Shown: positions 18,563 to 27,112 of the stretch, in pieces | Layout of the letters: each line of letters opens with the position of its first letter | How positions within the stretch are numbered: position 1 is the first letter of the stretch | From: a virus | Length of the DNA stretch: 64,000 nt | Reading direction: 5' to 3' (one strand) | IMG/VR virus record: IMGVR_UViG_3300030104_006433 | Span: 1 to 64,000 of that record | Notes under the pieces: generated by a model | What the model saw: only the letters and a program-made list of their open reading frames with translations | Databases searched by the model: none | What the model was told of the DNA's origin: nothing | Program-made: the position numbers and the translations under genes

Positions 18563-18631
18563 AAAATGAGCCGAGAAACAAATATTCCAGCGACGAGGAA
18601 GAAAACGTATACGGTGAAGAAGTATAATATG

Positions 18632-18668
18632 CTTGGTGGTATTAAACCACTTGGGGGTATTAAACCCC
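18632..18668. repeat. Tandem 18-bp repeat forming twin hairpins
   Basis: GTGGT-ATTAA-ACCAC and GGGGT-ATTAA-ACCCC. Confidence 0.75.
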
Positions 18669-18850
18669 TGAATAAAACAATGGGTGGGAAACTAAATAAG
18701 TAGGTGATAAACAAATGGAGTTAAATGGAGTGGTGTGATGGTATGTGGAAAACATATAGGGTGTGGGTGGAATGAGATGTGGCTAATGTTAGCCCATTTA
18801 TGGCGCAAGCCAAACATTTTTAGTGTAAAATAAATTATATACCTAATTGG

Positions 18851-18901
18851 ACACCCCCCGCGGTAATAGTTTGGCCTCCACGTTGATTTTCATTATATTT
18901 A
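18851..18901 (+). promoter_or_regulatory. Host-sigma-type promoter without the leader block
   Basis: TTTGGC at 18870 and TATATTTA at 18894 (same 24-nt offset as the cassettes). Confidence 0.7.
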
Positions 18902-18923
18902 ACCGATGTTAAAATCACGAGAT

Positions 18924-19004
18924 ATGGAAATATTAATTGGTATAGCTATAGTTGTTTTATTCTCTGGAATATTCATATACGGCTATTTAACATATAAAGA
19001 ATAA
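18924..19004 (+). CDS. 26-aa single-TM microprotein
   Basis: MEILIGIAIVVLFSGIFIYGYLTYKE directly after the promoter. Confidence 0.5.
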   Translation: MEILIGIAIVVLFSGIFIYGYLTYKE

Positions 19005-19032
19005 AAAGATTAATAATATAAAACGAGGTATT

Positions 19033-19145
19033 GATCATAGGGCCCACCTAGTGTAGTACGGCGCCATGAAACAATAGTACACCAACACTATAGACACCTA
19101 TGTCATAACCAGTTATAAGCTCCCAAATGTGGGATAAGGGAGTTT
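19033..19145 (+). ncRNA. Candidate structured RNA / leader of the 19164 gene
   Basis: Nested helices CATAGG/CCTATG, TAGTGT/ACACTA, GTAC/GTAC; alternative TCCCA/TGGGA vs CTCCC/GGGAG. Confidence 0.4.
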
Positions 19146-19163
19146 CATTTTAATAAAAGTTAT

Positions 19164-19517
19164 ATGGAAGAAAAAATAAAAACAACAAAACGTAAAGGAA
19201 GAAAAAAAGGATCAACAACCCGATATTGCCTCATTCAGGATGAAATGTTAGGTAAATATGAAATACATGTTGATGAATCTAATCATTGTTTTATATTAGT
19301 AGATAAAGAAACTGGTTCAACTGAGGGATATTATACTTCATTACCATATGCTTTAAAACGTGTGTTGAAAGATAAGTATGTTCCTGGAGGTAAGAATGGA
19401 GAAACGTATACGTTACAAGAATATATCACACAAATGAATAAACTAGGTAATGCAATGGCAAAACTATTAGTGCCTGCACATTGGCAATTCAAACCTGGTT
19501 TAGATAAACACAACTAA
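19164..19517 (+). CDS. Hypothetical protein with basic AT-hook-like N-terminus
   Basis: KRKGRKKGS. Confidence 0.65.
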   Translation: MEEKIKTTKRKGRKKGSTTRYCLIQDEMLGKYEIHVDESNHCFILVDKETGSTEGYYTSLPYALKRVLKDKYVPGGKNGETYTLQEYITQMNKLGNAMAKLLVPAHWQFKPGLDKHN

Positions 19518-20340
19518 TACACGGTAATCACACACATAGCTGTGGTTATAACCACTAACATGTTACGTGTGGTATGTTATTGTATAGTTAAAGTTGTATA
19601 CTAGTATTAGTGGCCCCGTATTACTATATTAAATTAGGGGGTGGCTATTACTCTGTACTTAGTAAATTATGTTAGATAACGTATCCCAACTATATTGTGT
19701 ATAATGTTGTAACCATAAAATAATATTGTGAATCGCGTATTACAACTATATTGTGTAGCTATAGTATCGCCAACATAATGTTGTGCGTACGTACGTGTAT
19801 AGTACTTAATACATAATACCCATGTATACTGATATCCATCGATACTAGTATATTACGGGAAAGAAAGTAAATGTATTTTTAGTTCGAAAACGATCCTTAC
19901 ACATCGATGCATATATACAAATATATACAATTTGCCATTTTAACCCACAGGTATAAAATCCAAAGAATCCGAAATTCTTCTTTTTATAAATCTTTAGGTA
20001 TCGAATAAGGTATATACTATGTATTGATATGGATGTGGATTTAATATTGGAACTTCAAATAATATGTTTAACATATGGTATGTGGATGTTATTCAAATTC
20101 CATAACAGGAGAGATGAAAAATAGAGCCAAGCTTCATCCTATATTATATATTCCAGTGTAAAACAATGTGGTAAAACCAATTGAGATTAAACCAATTACA
20201 ACGCTACCAATATACATCCAGAGTATTCCATATTATTCTTCCTACCCATTTAATTTACCTAGGTTGGAAACAATGGTCTCTATACTAAGGTATGTAAATA
20301 ATTGCTGTATATACGTATCTCTATATTGAGGTATGTAAAG
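19518..20340. repeat. Palindrome- and direct-repeat-dense non-coding island (possible origin, genome end or packaging/injection signal)
   Basis: GTGGTTATAACCAC, TAACATGTTA, ATACTAGTAT x2, CGTACGTACG, CAACTATATTGTGTA x2, TCTCTATAyTrAGGTATGTAAA x2. Confidence 0.7.
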
Positions 20341-20362
20341 AGAGTTACTTTTTTGAGTGTTT

Positions 20363-20403
20363 GCTTGGCTTTTGGATTTTTCTTCATTATATTTATATAA
20401 AAA
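20363..20403 (+). promoter_or_regulatory. Host-sigma-type promoter
   Basis: CTTGGC at 20364, TATATTTA at 20388. Confidence 0.7.
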
Positions 20404-20598
20404 ATGAAGGTTATGATAATATATCTCACAATTGGAATAGTGTTAATGTTTTTAATTGAATTTTCTAATCATGTTAATAAGGAAAAATTAGAATATTTAG
20501 GTGAAGAAGCATCAAAATTTAATATGTTCGAAAGAGTGATTGGTATTCTTATTTGGCCTGTTATTATATTTTTAGCAATTAGAAATTATTTAAAATAA
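20404..20598 (+). CDS. Small two-TM membrane protein
   Basis: Two hydrophobic helices; alternative start at 20413 (AAGGTT-ATG). Confidence 0.65.
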   Translation: MKVMIIYLTIGIVLMFLIEFSNHVNKEKLEYLGEEASKFNMFERVIGILIWPVIIFLAIRNYLK

Positions 20599-20603
20599 AA
20601 GTT

Positions 20604-21302
20604 ATGAAAAATTCCACAAGAACGTTTTTATATATAGCGTTAATCTATTTTTTAGTATTATTACTATTTTCTTCATGTACTAAAGAAGATGATATAATAC
20701 ATCAAACACCATGTAATGGTAATTGTGATACTTATTATACTGTAGTGTATGAAAATCAAGAAATTACACCTAATAATGGTTATTATGAAATACCTTGGAA
20801 TGGTTTAAATTATTTTCAAATTAGAGGTCAATTAACAGAACTAAATGAACAATATGTTGTAAATGATGTTCCCTTAATTGAAGCAAAATTTGATTCTGAT
20901 TATTGGGTTGTATTTGATGATATAGTGTTTCAAGTGCCTATGTATTCTTATCTTGGGTGGTTTAATAGTAGTAGTTTAAATACACCCATACCTTTTGGGA
21001 CTTATACTTATACTATGAATGATTTAATTGATCTTCATCCACCTACTAATATTGTAGGGTATCAAATTCCAAAACATTTTTGTACTGAATGTCCGTATGC
21101 ACCTACATTAGTTGGTACTTATTCCAAATATAATTACCATCCAACTCAAAATATATTTTTAGATGATGAAATGATAGGTGATACTATTAATATTTTTATT
21201 GAAACTGTATTCAATACAGAGGGAGGAATTTGGTATCATGGACATGACGCCCCAGTTCCTAAAGAAACAATTACAGATCAAATAAAAGTTATAATAATAT
21301 AA
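20604..21302 (+). CDS. Putative lipoprotein
   Basis: Signal peptide ending LLFSSC, followed by TKEDD. Confidence 0.7.
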   Translation: MKNSTRTFLYIALIYFLVLLLFSSCTKEDDIIHQTPCNGNCDTYYTVVYENQEITPNNGYYEIPWNGLNYFQIRGQLTELNEQYVVNDVPLIEAKFDSDYWVVFDDIVFQVPMYSYLGWFNSSSLNTPIPFGTYTYTMNDLIDLHPPTNIVGYQIPKHFCTECPYAPTLVGTYSKYNYHPTQNIFLDDEMIGDTINIFIETVFNTEGGIWYHGHDAPVPKETITDQIKVIII

Positions 21303-21574
21303 TGGAAAAAACAGGTTTTGTTGAAAAAATGGAATACCTCTTTAATGAGGCAAAACATTTAGAGGTATATGTTCCCAATTTAAAAGGGTGGTATAGAGTA
21401 ACTCCAAATGATTTTAGATCATGGGATGGTAAAAGAAGAATACAAGGTGAAGAGTATGAAGGTCCTTTATATGCATATGGTACTAATAGAAAAGTACCAC
21501 TTAAAAATACAGGTAAAATTATACCTTCAGAAATTTTAAATCAACGTAATGCACGTTCACAAAAAATGAGGTAA
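21302..21574 (+). CDS. Hypothetical protein
   Basis: Coupled ORF. Confidence 0.7.
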   Translation: MEKTGFVEKMEYLFNEAKHLEVYVPNLKGWYRVTPNDFRSWDGKRRIQGEEYEGPLYAYGTNRKVPLKNTGKIIPSEILNQRNARSQKMR

Positions 21575-21575
21575 A

Positions 21576-22031
21576 ATGATAGAAAGATTAACATTAGAAG
21601 AAACTAAAAAATATTTTAATAAAGAAGAAGATTTTACTGATGCTCCTATTAAATTTTACTCTATCTCTCCAGATGAAAATGGATGGGAGAAAGTAGATTA
21701 TTATACTGGAAGAAAAAAGAATATTTACAAAAATAGAGGAAAAGGTGATCAGTGGGTATATATATTATCAAGTAATAATAATAGGTATTATAAGATAGGA
21801 TATACAAAAAATGAACCTGAAGTAAGAGCAAAACAAATTTCATCAGCTACTGGTGTAGCTCATCCATATAGAGTAGAATTTGCTTTTCAATGTTTCAATG
21901 GTGAGGCTTTAGAACATGAGGTTCACCGTAAATTAGAACATTACCGAGTAAATCACAGCAGAGAATTTTTTGATGTATCATTAAACGAAGCTAAAGAAAC
22001 TGTGGTTAATTTAGGTGAAAATTATATATAA
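21576..22031 (+). CDS. GIY-YIG family protein, T5orf172/MUG113-like
   Basis: WVYIL...YKIGYT...R..QIS.ATGV...LE..VH..L...R....EFF. Confidence 0.85.
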   Translation: MIERLTLEETKKYFNKEEDFTDAPIKFYSISPDENGWEKVDYYTGRKKNIYKNRGKGDQWVYILSSNNNRYYKIGYTKNEPEVRAKQISSATGVAHPYRVEFAFQCFNGEALEHEVHRKLEHYRVNHSREFFDVSLNEAKETVVNLGENYI

Positions 22032-22308
22032 TGAGAGATATAAAAAAAGAATTATTAGAAATAAAAGGTGGAGAATTTCCTAATTGGTATGCATCTTTAA
22101 CTAAATTAGAGAAGATACTTTATCAAAAAACATTAGAAGAGTTAGGAAAAGATGTTAAAAGTGATAAATAATATTACTTTCATCCGTATTTCTTAGCGTT
22201 TTATCCATAATCTTAAAAAACATTTGGGAAATTCCTTTCTTTAATGTACTTTATTCTATATTTATTAACATACGTTGTTTATTTACGGGACTTTTAAAAT
22301 CAAATGCT

Positions 22309-25119
22309 ATGAAAACATTCAAATTACTTCTCACCTTACTTATATTTTCTTTAATAGGTAACTACTCTTTTGCACAAATTACAAGTTACCCCCATAATAC
22401 AACCTTTGCTTCTAATTTTGGAGATTGGTTACAATCAGGAACTGATGATTTTGATTGGACTCAAAAAACAAGTGGAACTAATTCATCTGGAACAGGGCCT
22501 CAAGTTGCACCTTATGGGGCAAATGGAACTACAGGTTATGTCTATACAGAAACATCATCCCCAGTAGGCACAAATGAAACAGCAAGAATATATTGTACTT
22601 ATGATTTAAGTGGAGCTTCATCTGCTAGTGTTACATTTTATTATCATATTTATGCTTCCTCAGGTTATGGTCCAGGTACATTAAGACTTAAAATATATAA
22701 AGGTAATGCTGCATCAGGAGGTACAATGCATTACCCTTGGACTGTTACTACATCTCATAATGGTTGGCAACAAGCTACTATTGATTTAGCAGATTACATT
22801 GGATATTCCTATGTCCAATTAGCATTTGAATCAATAACTCCTGCATCAGGAACAGTATGGCAATGTGATAATGCAATAGATGAAGTAGAAGTTAGTGCTG
22901 TTACTTGTGTAAATGCTTGGAATGGAAGTGCTAATGATGAAGATTGGAATAATGTTAATAATTGGAGTTGTGGTGTTGTTCCTTCTTCAGGTGATAATGT
23001 TTCAATTCCCGCAGGTGTTGGTTCTTATCCTGATATATCTTCAAATACTACTTTTGGCACACTAACAGTACCAACAGGAGCAACATTAACTGTTTCATCG
23101 GGTACTTTAACTTTAAATGGTGCTGCTGATATTGATGGAACTTTATCTATTTCGGGTATAGTAGATGCTAATAGTACTTTTGACGCTACTAATGGGACAA
23201 TTGATATCCCAAATGGTACTTTAAAATTAGGAAGTACTGTAACAAGTTTAGGTACATTGGATAATAATTCTGGTACTATTGAATATGATGATGCAACACA
23301 AGATGTAATAACAGAAGACTATTTCAATCTTACAATAAGTACAGCAGGTACAAAATCTGCAAATGGAAATTTAACAGTAATTGGAGCGCTAACAACTGCC
23401 GCTACATCAAATTGTAAATTAGATTTAGGAGCACATGATTTAACACTTGGAGGTGATTTAACTGTTGGAGATATTGGGGGCTTAGACCTTACAGATGTTG
23501 CATGTGTATTAACATTGAATGGAGGTTCAAGTCAAACAATAACTCATGCTGGAGCAAGTACTGCTGCATCAACTCTTTTAACACAAGATTTCGAAGGACT
23601 TTCAACAGGTTATATTACAACATCAACTAGTTCTAATCCTCATCAAATAGATAATAGTAATGCAAGTTGTAGCAGTTCAGATACTTGGATTGTAAGTACA
23701 GGAGATGCGACAGGTACTGCATGTAGCGGTTGTTCTGGAAATAGAGCAAGAATAGATTATGGAAGTTCAAGTTGTGTACAAGACAATGACATGATTCTTG
23801 GTAGTTTTACACCAACGACATCATCAATTACAATTAGTTTTGATTATGGTTATGATGATTATAGTAGTGATGATAGTTTTAAAGTTGTATTATATAATGA
23901 AACAACCTCATCTACTACATATACTCTAGTAAATGCAACTGCAGATTGTGACAATTGTAATTACTCAGAAACAAAGGCGGTCACAGCAGGAAATAGTTAT
24001 ATTTTAAGATTTGAATATGAAGGTCATTATGATTATGGTGCTACAGTTGATGATATATTAGTTACTGAAAATATTGCAAATAGTCACTTTAAAAATATGA
24101 CACTTAACAATGGTGCAGGTTTTACACTCTCTTCAAATGTAGAAATAGAGGGAACTTTAACTTTAACAAATGGAGATATAAACACGGGGGCAAATACACT
24201 TACTATTAAAGAAGGAGCTACAATATCAGGTGGAAGTACTTCTTCAATGGTTATAGGTAATTTAGCAATTAAAACAAATTCAACATCATCTAAAACATTT
24301 CCAATTGGAGATGGTACTAGTTATAGACCAGTTATTATAACACCTTCATCTTCAAGTGATGAAACTTATACAGCTAAATTTTATAATACTGCTCATGCTA
24401 ATACAACAATGGGATCAGGTTTACATCATGTTTCTCAATATTATTGGGATATTAATAGGGCAAATAATGTTAATGCAGAGTTATCTTTTGATTGGGATGC
24501 TGGTTATGCTGTTGATGCTCCTATGGATTTAAAATTAGCCCATTTCAATTCAGGGACAAGTGAATGGGAAGATATGTCTGCTACTATATCAGGAGCAGGT
24601 GGAAGTGGAAGTGCTACAGCTTCAAGTGGTAGATTAACAGCCACAGCTACATCATTTAGTCCGTTTGGGTTTGGATCAGGTAGTAGTGGTAACGCTTTAC
24701 CTATAGATTTAATTTCATTTACAGGTAAAGTTATTGAAGAGATAGAACATATAGTATTATTAGAATGGGTTGTAGCATCACAAGCTAATAATGATTATTT
24801 TACAATAGAAAGAAGTAGAGATGTTTATGAGTGGGAAACAATAGAAACAATTACAGGGGCAGGTAATTCCAATACTCAAATGTCTTATTCATTAATTGAT
24901 GATAATGCTTTAAGAGGAACTTATTATTATAGATTATCCCAAACTGATTATGATGGTACTACTAAATCCTTTCAACCAATAGCTGTTACTATTAAAGAAG
25001 AAAGGAAGGAAATAGTTAAAAGGACTAATTTAATGGGTCAAATCGTGAATGATTCTTACCAAGGTATAGTAGTGGAAATTTGGGATAATGGAGATATAGT
25101 GAAACGTTATAATAGATAA
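22309..25119 (+). CDS. Secreted MAM-domain / beta-rich adhesin-like protein with Bacteroidota-type C-terminal region
   Basis: Signal peptide; MAM (DDFDW..SG.T.S.GTGP...AIDEV); LPIDLISF...W...NNDYF.IERS...YYRL.Q.DYDG; terminal NLMGQ...IWDNG..KR. Confidence 0.8.
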   Translation: MKTFKLLLTLLIFSLIGNYSFAQITSYPHNTTFASNFGDWLQSGTDDFDWTQKTSGTNSSGTGPQVAPYGANGTTGYVYTETSSPVGTNETARIYCTYDLSGASSASVTFYYHIYASSGYGPGTLRLKIYKGNAASGGTMHYPWTVTTSHNGWQQATIDLADYIGYSYVQLAFESITPASGTVWQCDNAIDEVEVSAVTCVNAWNGSANDEDWNNVNNWSCGVVPSSGDNVSIPAGVGSYPDISSNTTFGTLTVPTGATLTVSSGTLTLNGAADIDGTLSISGIVDANSTFDATNGTIDIPNGTLKLGSTVTSLGTLDNNSGTIEYDDATQDVITEDYFNLTISTAGTKSANGNLTVIGALTTAATSNCKLDLGAHDLTLGGDLTVGDIGGLDLTDVACVLTLNGGSSQTITHAGASTAASTLLTQDFEGLSTGYITTSTSSNPHQIDNSNASCSSSDTWIVSTGDATGTACSGCSGNRARIDYGSSSCVQDNDMILGSFTPTTSSITISFDYGYDDYSSDDSFKVVLYNETTSSTTYTLVNATADCDNCNYSETKAVTAGNSYILRFEYEGHYDYGATVDDILVTENIANSHFKNMTLNNGAGFTLSSNVEIEGTLTLTNGDINTGANTLTIKEGATISGGSTSSMVIGNLAIKTNSTSSKTFPIGDGTSYRPVIITPSSSSDETYTAKFYNTAHANTTMGSGLHHVSQYYWDINRANNVNAELSFDWDAGYAVDAPMDLKLAHFNSGTSEWEDMSATISGAGGSGSATASSGRLTATATSFSPFGFGSGSSGNALPIDLISFTGKVIEEIEHIVLLEWVVASQANNDYFTIERSRDVYEWETIETITGAGNSNTQMSYSLIDDNALRGTYYYRLSQTDYDGTTKSFQPIAVTIKEERKEIVKRTNLMGQIVNDSYQGIVVEIWDNGDIVKRYNR

Positions 25120-25120
25120 A

Positions 25121-25357
25121 CTATTTCTTGTTGAGTTCTTTTATAAATTCAACAATTATTTTCAAATCTGATTTGATTTCAGCTAATGAAACTTTTACTT
25201 CTTCCATTTTCTTAGCATTTATCTCATGTCTCTTGGTAAATGTATCTTTTACTTCTCTAACACTGAAAAAGAAAAATTTGTAAAGAGCGTATAAAGCTCC
25301 TATTGCTATTACTAAGGATAATCCAAATTCCTTTACAAGGTCGAATACTTCTGTCAT
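25121..25357 (-). CDS. Small TM + coiled-coil protein (holin-like)
   Basis: Only credible minus-strand gene; ATATTTATA motif upstream on the minus strand. Confidence 0.6.
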   Translation of the reverse strand: MTEVFDLVKEFGLSLVIAIGALYALYKFFFFSVREVKDTFTKRHEINAKKMEEVKVSLAEIKSDLKIIVEFIKELNKK

Positions 25358-25475
25358 TTGTTTTAATTTTTAAAGTGAAAAGGAAACCAATTTGAATAAC
25401 TATTATTGGTTATAAATATTTCAGAAAAGTTGATATTTATAATAGAATCCCAATTTTATTAAGATTTAAGTAAAT

Positions 25476-25865
25476 ATGATTGAATTATTAGTTTTAATTA
25501 TCGCTACCACTCTACTTTATTTACTATTACCTATTATTATATGTTTTATGATTCTAAAATATATTTTTACAGGTAATAAGAAAATGCTAGCTGTCTGGTT
25601 TTATAGAACTGCTCGTGAAATAGATTTATTTGCAAATGTAGTAGGAGCTGAATTTTGGAATGCAGTTTTTATTACAAATGGTGGTTATAAATTTGGAAAC
25701 CCTAAAGAAACCATATCATCAGTATTGGGTAAAAATCAGCGAGATAAAACATTAACTCTGTTGGGAGATGCGCTTCGATGGGTATTAGATAGAATTGATG
25801 AAGATCATTGTTTAAATTCAATTAATGATGACGCTACTAACACTAAAAAAGACATATCTAAGTAA
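25476..25865 (+). CDS. Conserved phage membrane protein
   Basis: N-terminal TM segment; GNPKETISSVLGK...DHC motif. Confidence 0.7.
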   Translation: MIELLVLIIATTLLYLLLPIIICFMILKYIFTGNKKMLAVWFYRTAREIDLFANVVGAEFWNAVFITNGGYKFGNPKETISSVLGKNQRDKTLTLLGDALRWVLDRIDEDHCLNSINDDATNTKKDISK

Positions 25866-25873
25866 CCTCCCTT

Positions 25874-25971
25874 AACCCTTCCTGTACAGGTGCTTGGCTC
25901 CCGTAAAGGAGGATGTTATATTTATATCATAAGAAAATTAAGAAATAGTATAAATTAAAAAAATAAAAGTT
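25874..25971 (+). promoter_or_regulatory. Early promoter cassette, divergent copy
   Basis: CTTGGC...GATGTTATATTTATATCATAAGAAAATTAAGAAA...AAAAGTT-ATG. Confidence 0.75.
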
Positions 25972-26778
25972 ATGTTAGATTTTGAAAAAGGTGAATATTT
26001 AAATGAAAAAGAATTAAGAGAAGTATGCCCAGTTATTTTTGCAGAGAAAGCATCAGCAGAAGTATCAAAACATTACACTCATATTCCAACTAGTAAAGTT
26101 ATAAATGATATGGCAACATTAGGTTGGAAAGTTGTTGATGCTAAAGCTGTTAAAGCTAGAAAAAATAGTACAAAAGGTTATCAAAAACATTTAGTAGTAT
26201 TTAGAAATCCAGATGTTGTTATTAATGGTAAAGATGGAGACACAGTTTTTCCACAAGTATTATTAACAAATAGTCATGATGGTAAAAATGCATTTACTTT
26301 CACTGCTGGTTTATTTAGAATGATTTGTGAAAATGGGTTAGTAGTTTCAGACACACAATTTGAAGATGTTAAAATGAGACATATGGGTTATTCATTTGAA
26401 GAATTACAAGTTAAAATTAAAGATATGGTTGAAAAATTACCATTAACTGTTGAATCAATGAATAAAATGCAAGAAACTGAATTAAATGAAGAAAAAGCAG
26501 TTGAGTTTGCTAAAAAAGCTTTAACAACTCGTTTTAATGAAAAAGAAATGAAAAGAATTAAAATTGATATTAAAGATATTTTAACACCAGTTAGAATTGA
26601 AGATAATGGAAAAGATTTATGGTCAATATTTAATGTTGTTCAAGAAAAAGTAATTGATGGGGATTTTAATTATATTGCCGGTGGTAAAACTAGAAAAGCA
26701 AGACAGATTAAAAATTTCAAACAAGATCAAAAAGTTAATAAAGAATTATTTGAATTAGCTTTAGAATATGTAGCTTAA
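25972..26778 (+). CDS. DUF932 (DUF945) family protein
   Basis: Y.HIPT, KH.V.FR, NSHDG, GLFRMICENGL, LWSIFNVVQE. Confidence 0.85.
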   Translation: MLDFEKGEYLNEKELREVCPVIFAEKASAEVSKHYTHIPTSKVINDMATLGWKVVDAKAVKARKNSTKGYQKHLVVFRNPDVVINGKDGDTVFPQVLLTNSHDGKNAFTFTAGLFRMICENGLVVSDTQFEDVKMRHMGYSFEELQVKIKDMVEKLPLTVESMNKMQETELNEEKAVEFAKKALTTRFNEKEMKRIKIDIKDILTPVRIEDNGKDLWSIFNVVQEKVIDGDFNYIAGGKTRKARQIKNFKQDQKVNKELFELALEYVA

Positions 26779-26802
26779 AAATAAGTTTTTAAAATCTAAA
26801 AT

Positions 26803-26828
26803 GAGCCCCTTATATGGGGCTTTTTTTT
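26803..26828 (+). terminator. Rho-independent terminator
   Basis: AGCCCC-TTATAT-GGGGCT followed by a T run. Confidence 0.9.
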
Positions 26829-26866
26829 ACTTAAAATTCATGTTTTCATATTTATAACCACACACA

Positions 26867-27076
26867 TTGAATATGGATGAATATATAGATATTTTAGAAC
26901 AAGCTATTATTTTAAATACTAGAGAATTAGAAGATAATGCTGATGATTATTCAATGAGTCAAATTTTTTATATGAGAGGGTATACTCAATGTCTTAAAGA
27001 TGTTTTAATTGATTTGAAAGAAAATAATAAAAATTCTAAAAATTTAAGTGGTTTAAGAAAATTTAATTTAAACTAA
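26867..27076 (+). CDS. Hypothetical protein
   Basis: ORF after an ATATTTATA motif. Confidence 0.6.
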   Translation: MNMDEYIDILEQAIILNTRELEDNADDYSMSQIFYMRGYTQCLKDVLIDLKENNKNSKNLSGLRKFNLN

Positions 27077-27112
27077 ACTTGCCTCCCCAAGATGTTTTTC
27101 ACATATTTATAA

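Noticed and set aside
18780-18820. Minus-strand copy of the early promoter (ATGTTTGGC...TAAATGG)
   Set aside because: The -33 block matches, but TATATTTA is missing at the expected offset and no minus-strand gene follows
19687-19785. CAACTATATTGTG repeats as NrdR boxes
   Set aside because: Only partial similarity to the 16-bp NrdR consensus, and no ribonucleotide reductase gene nearby
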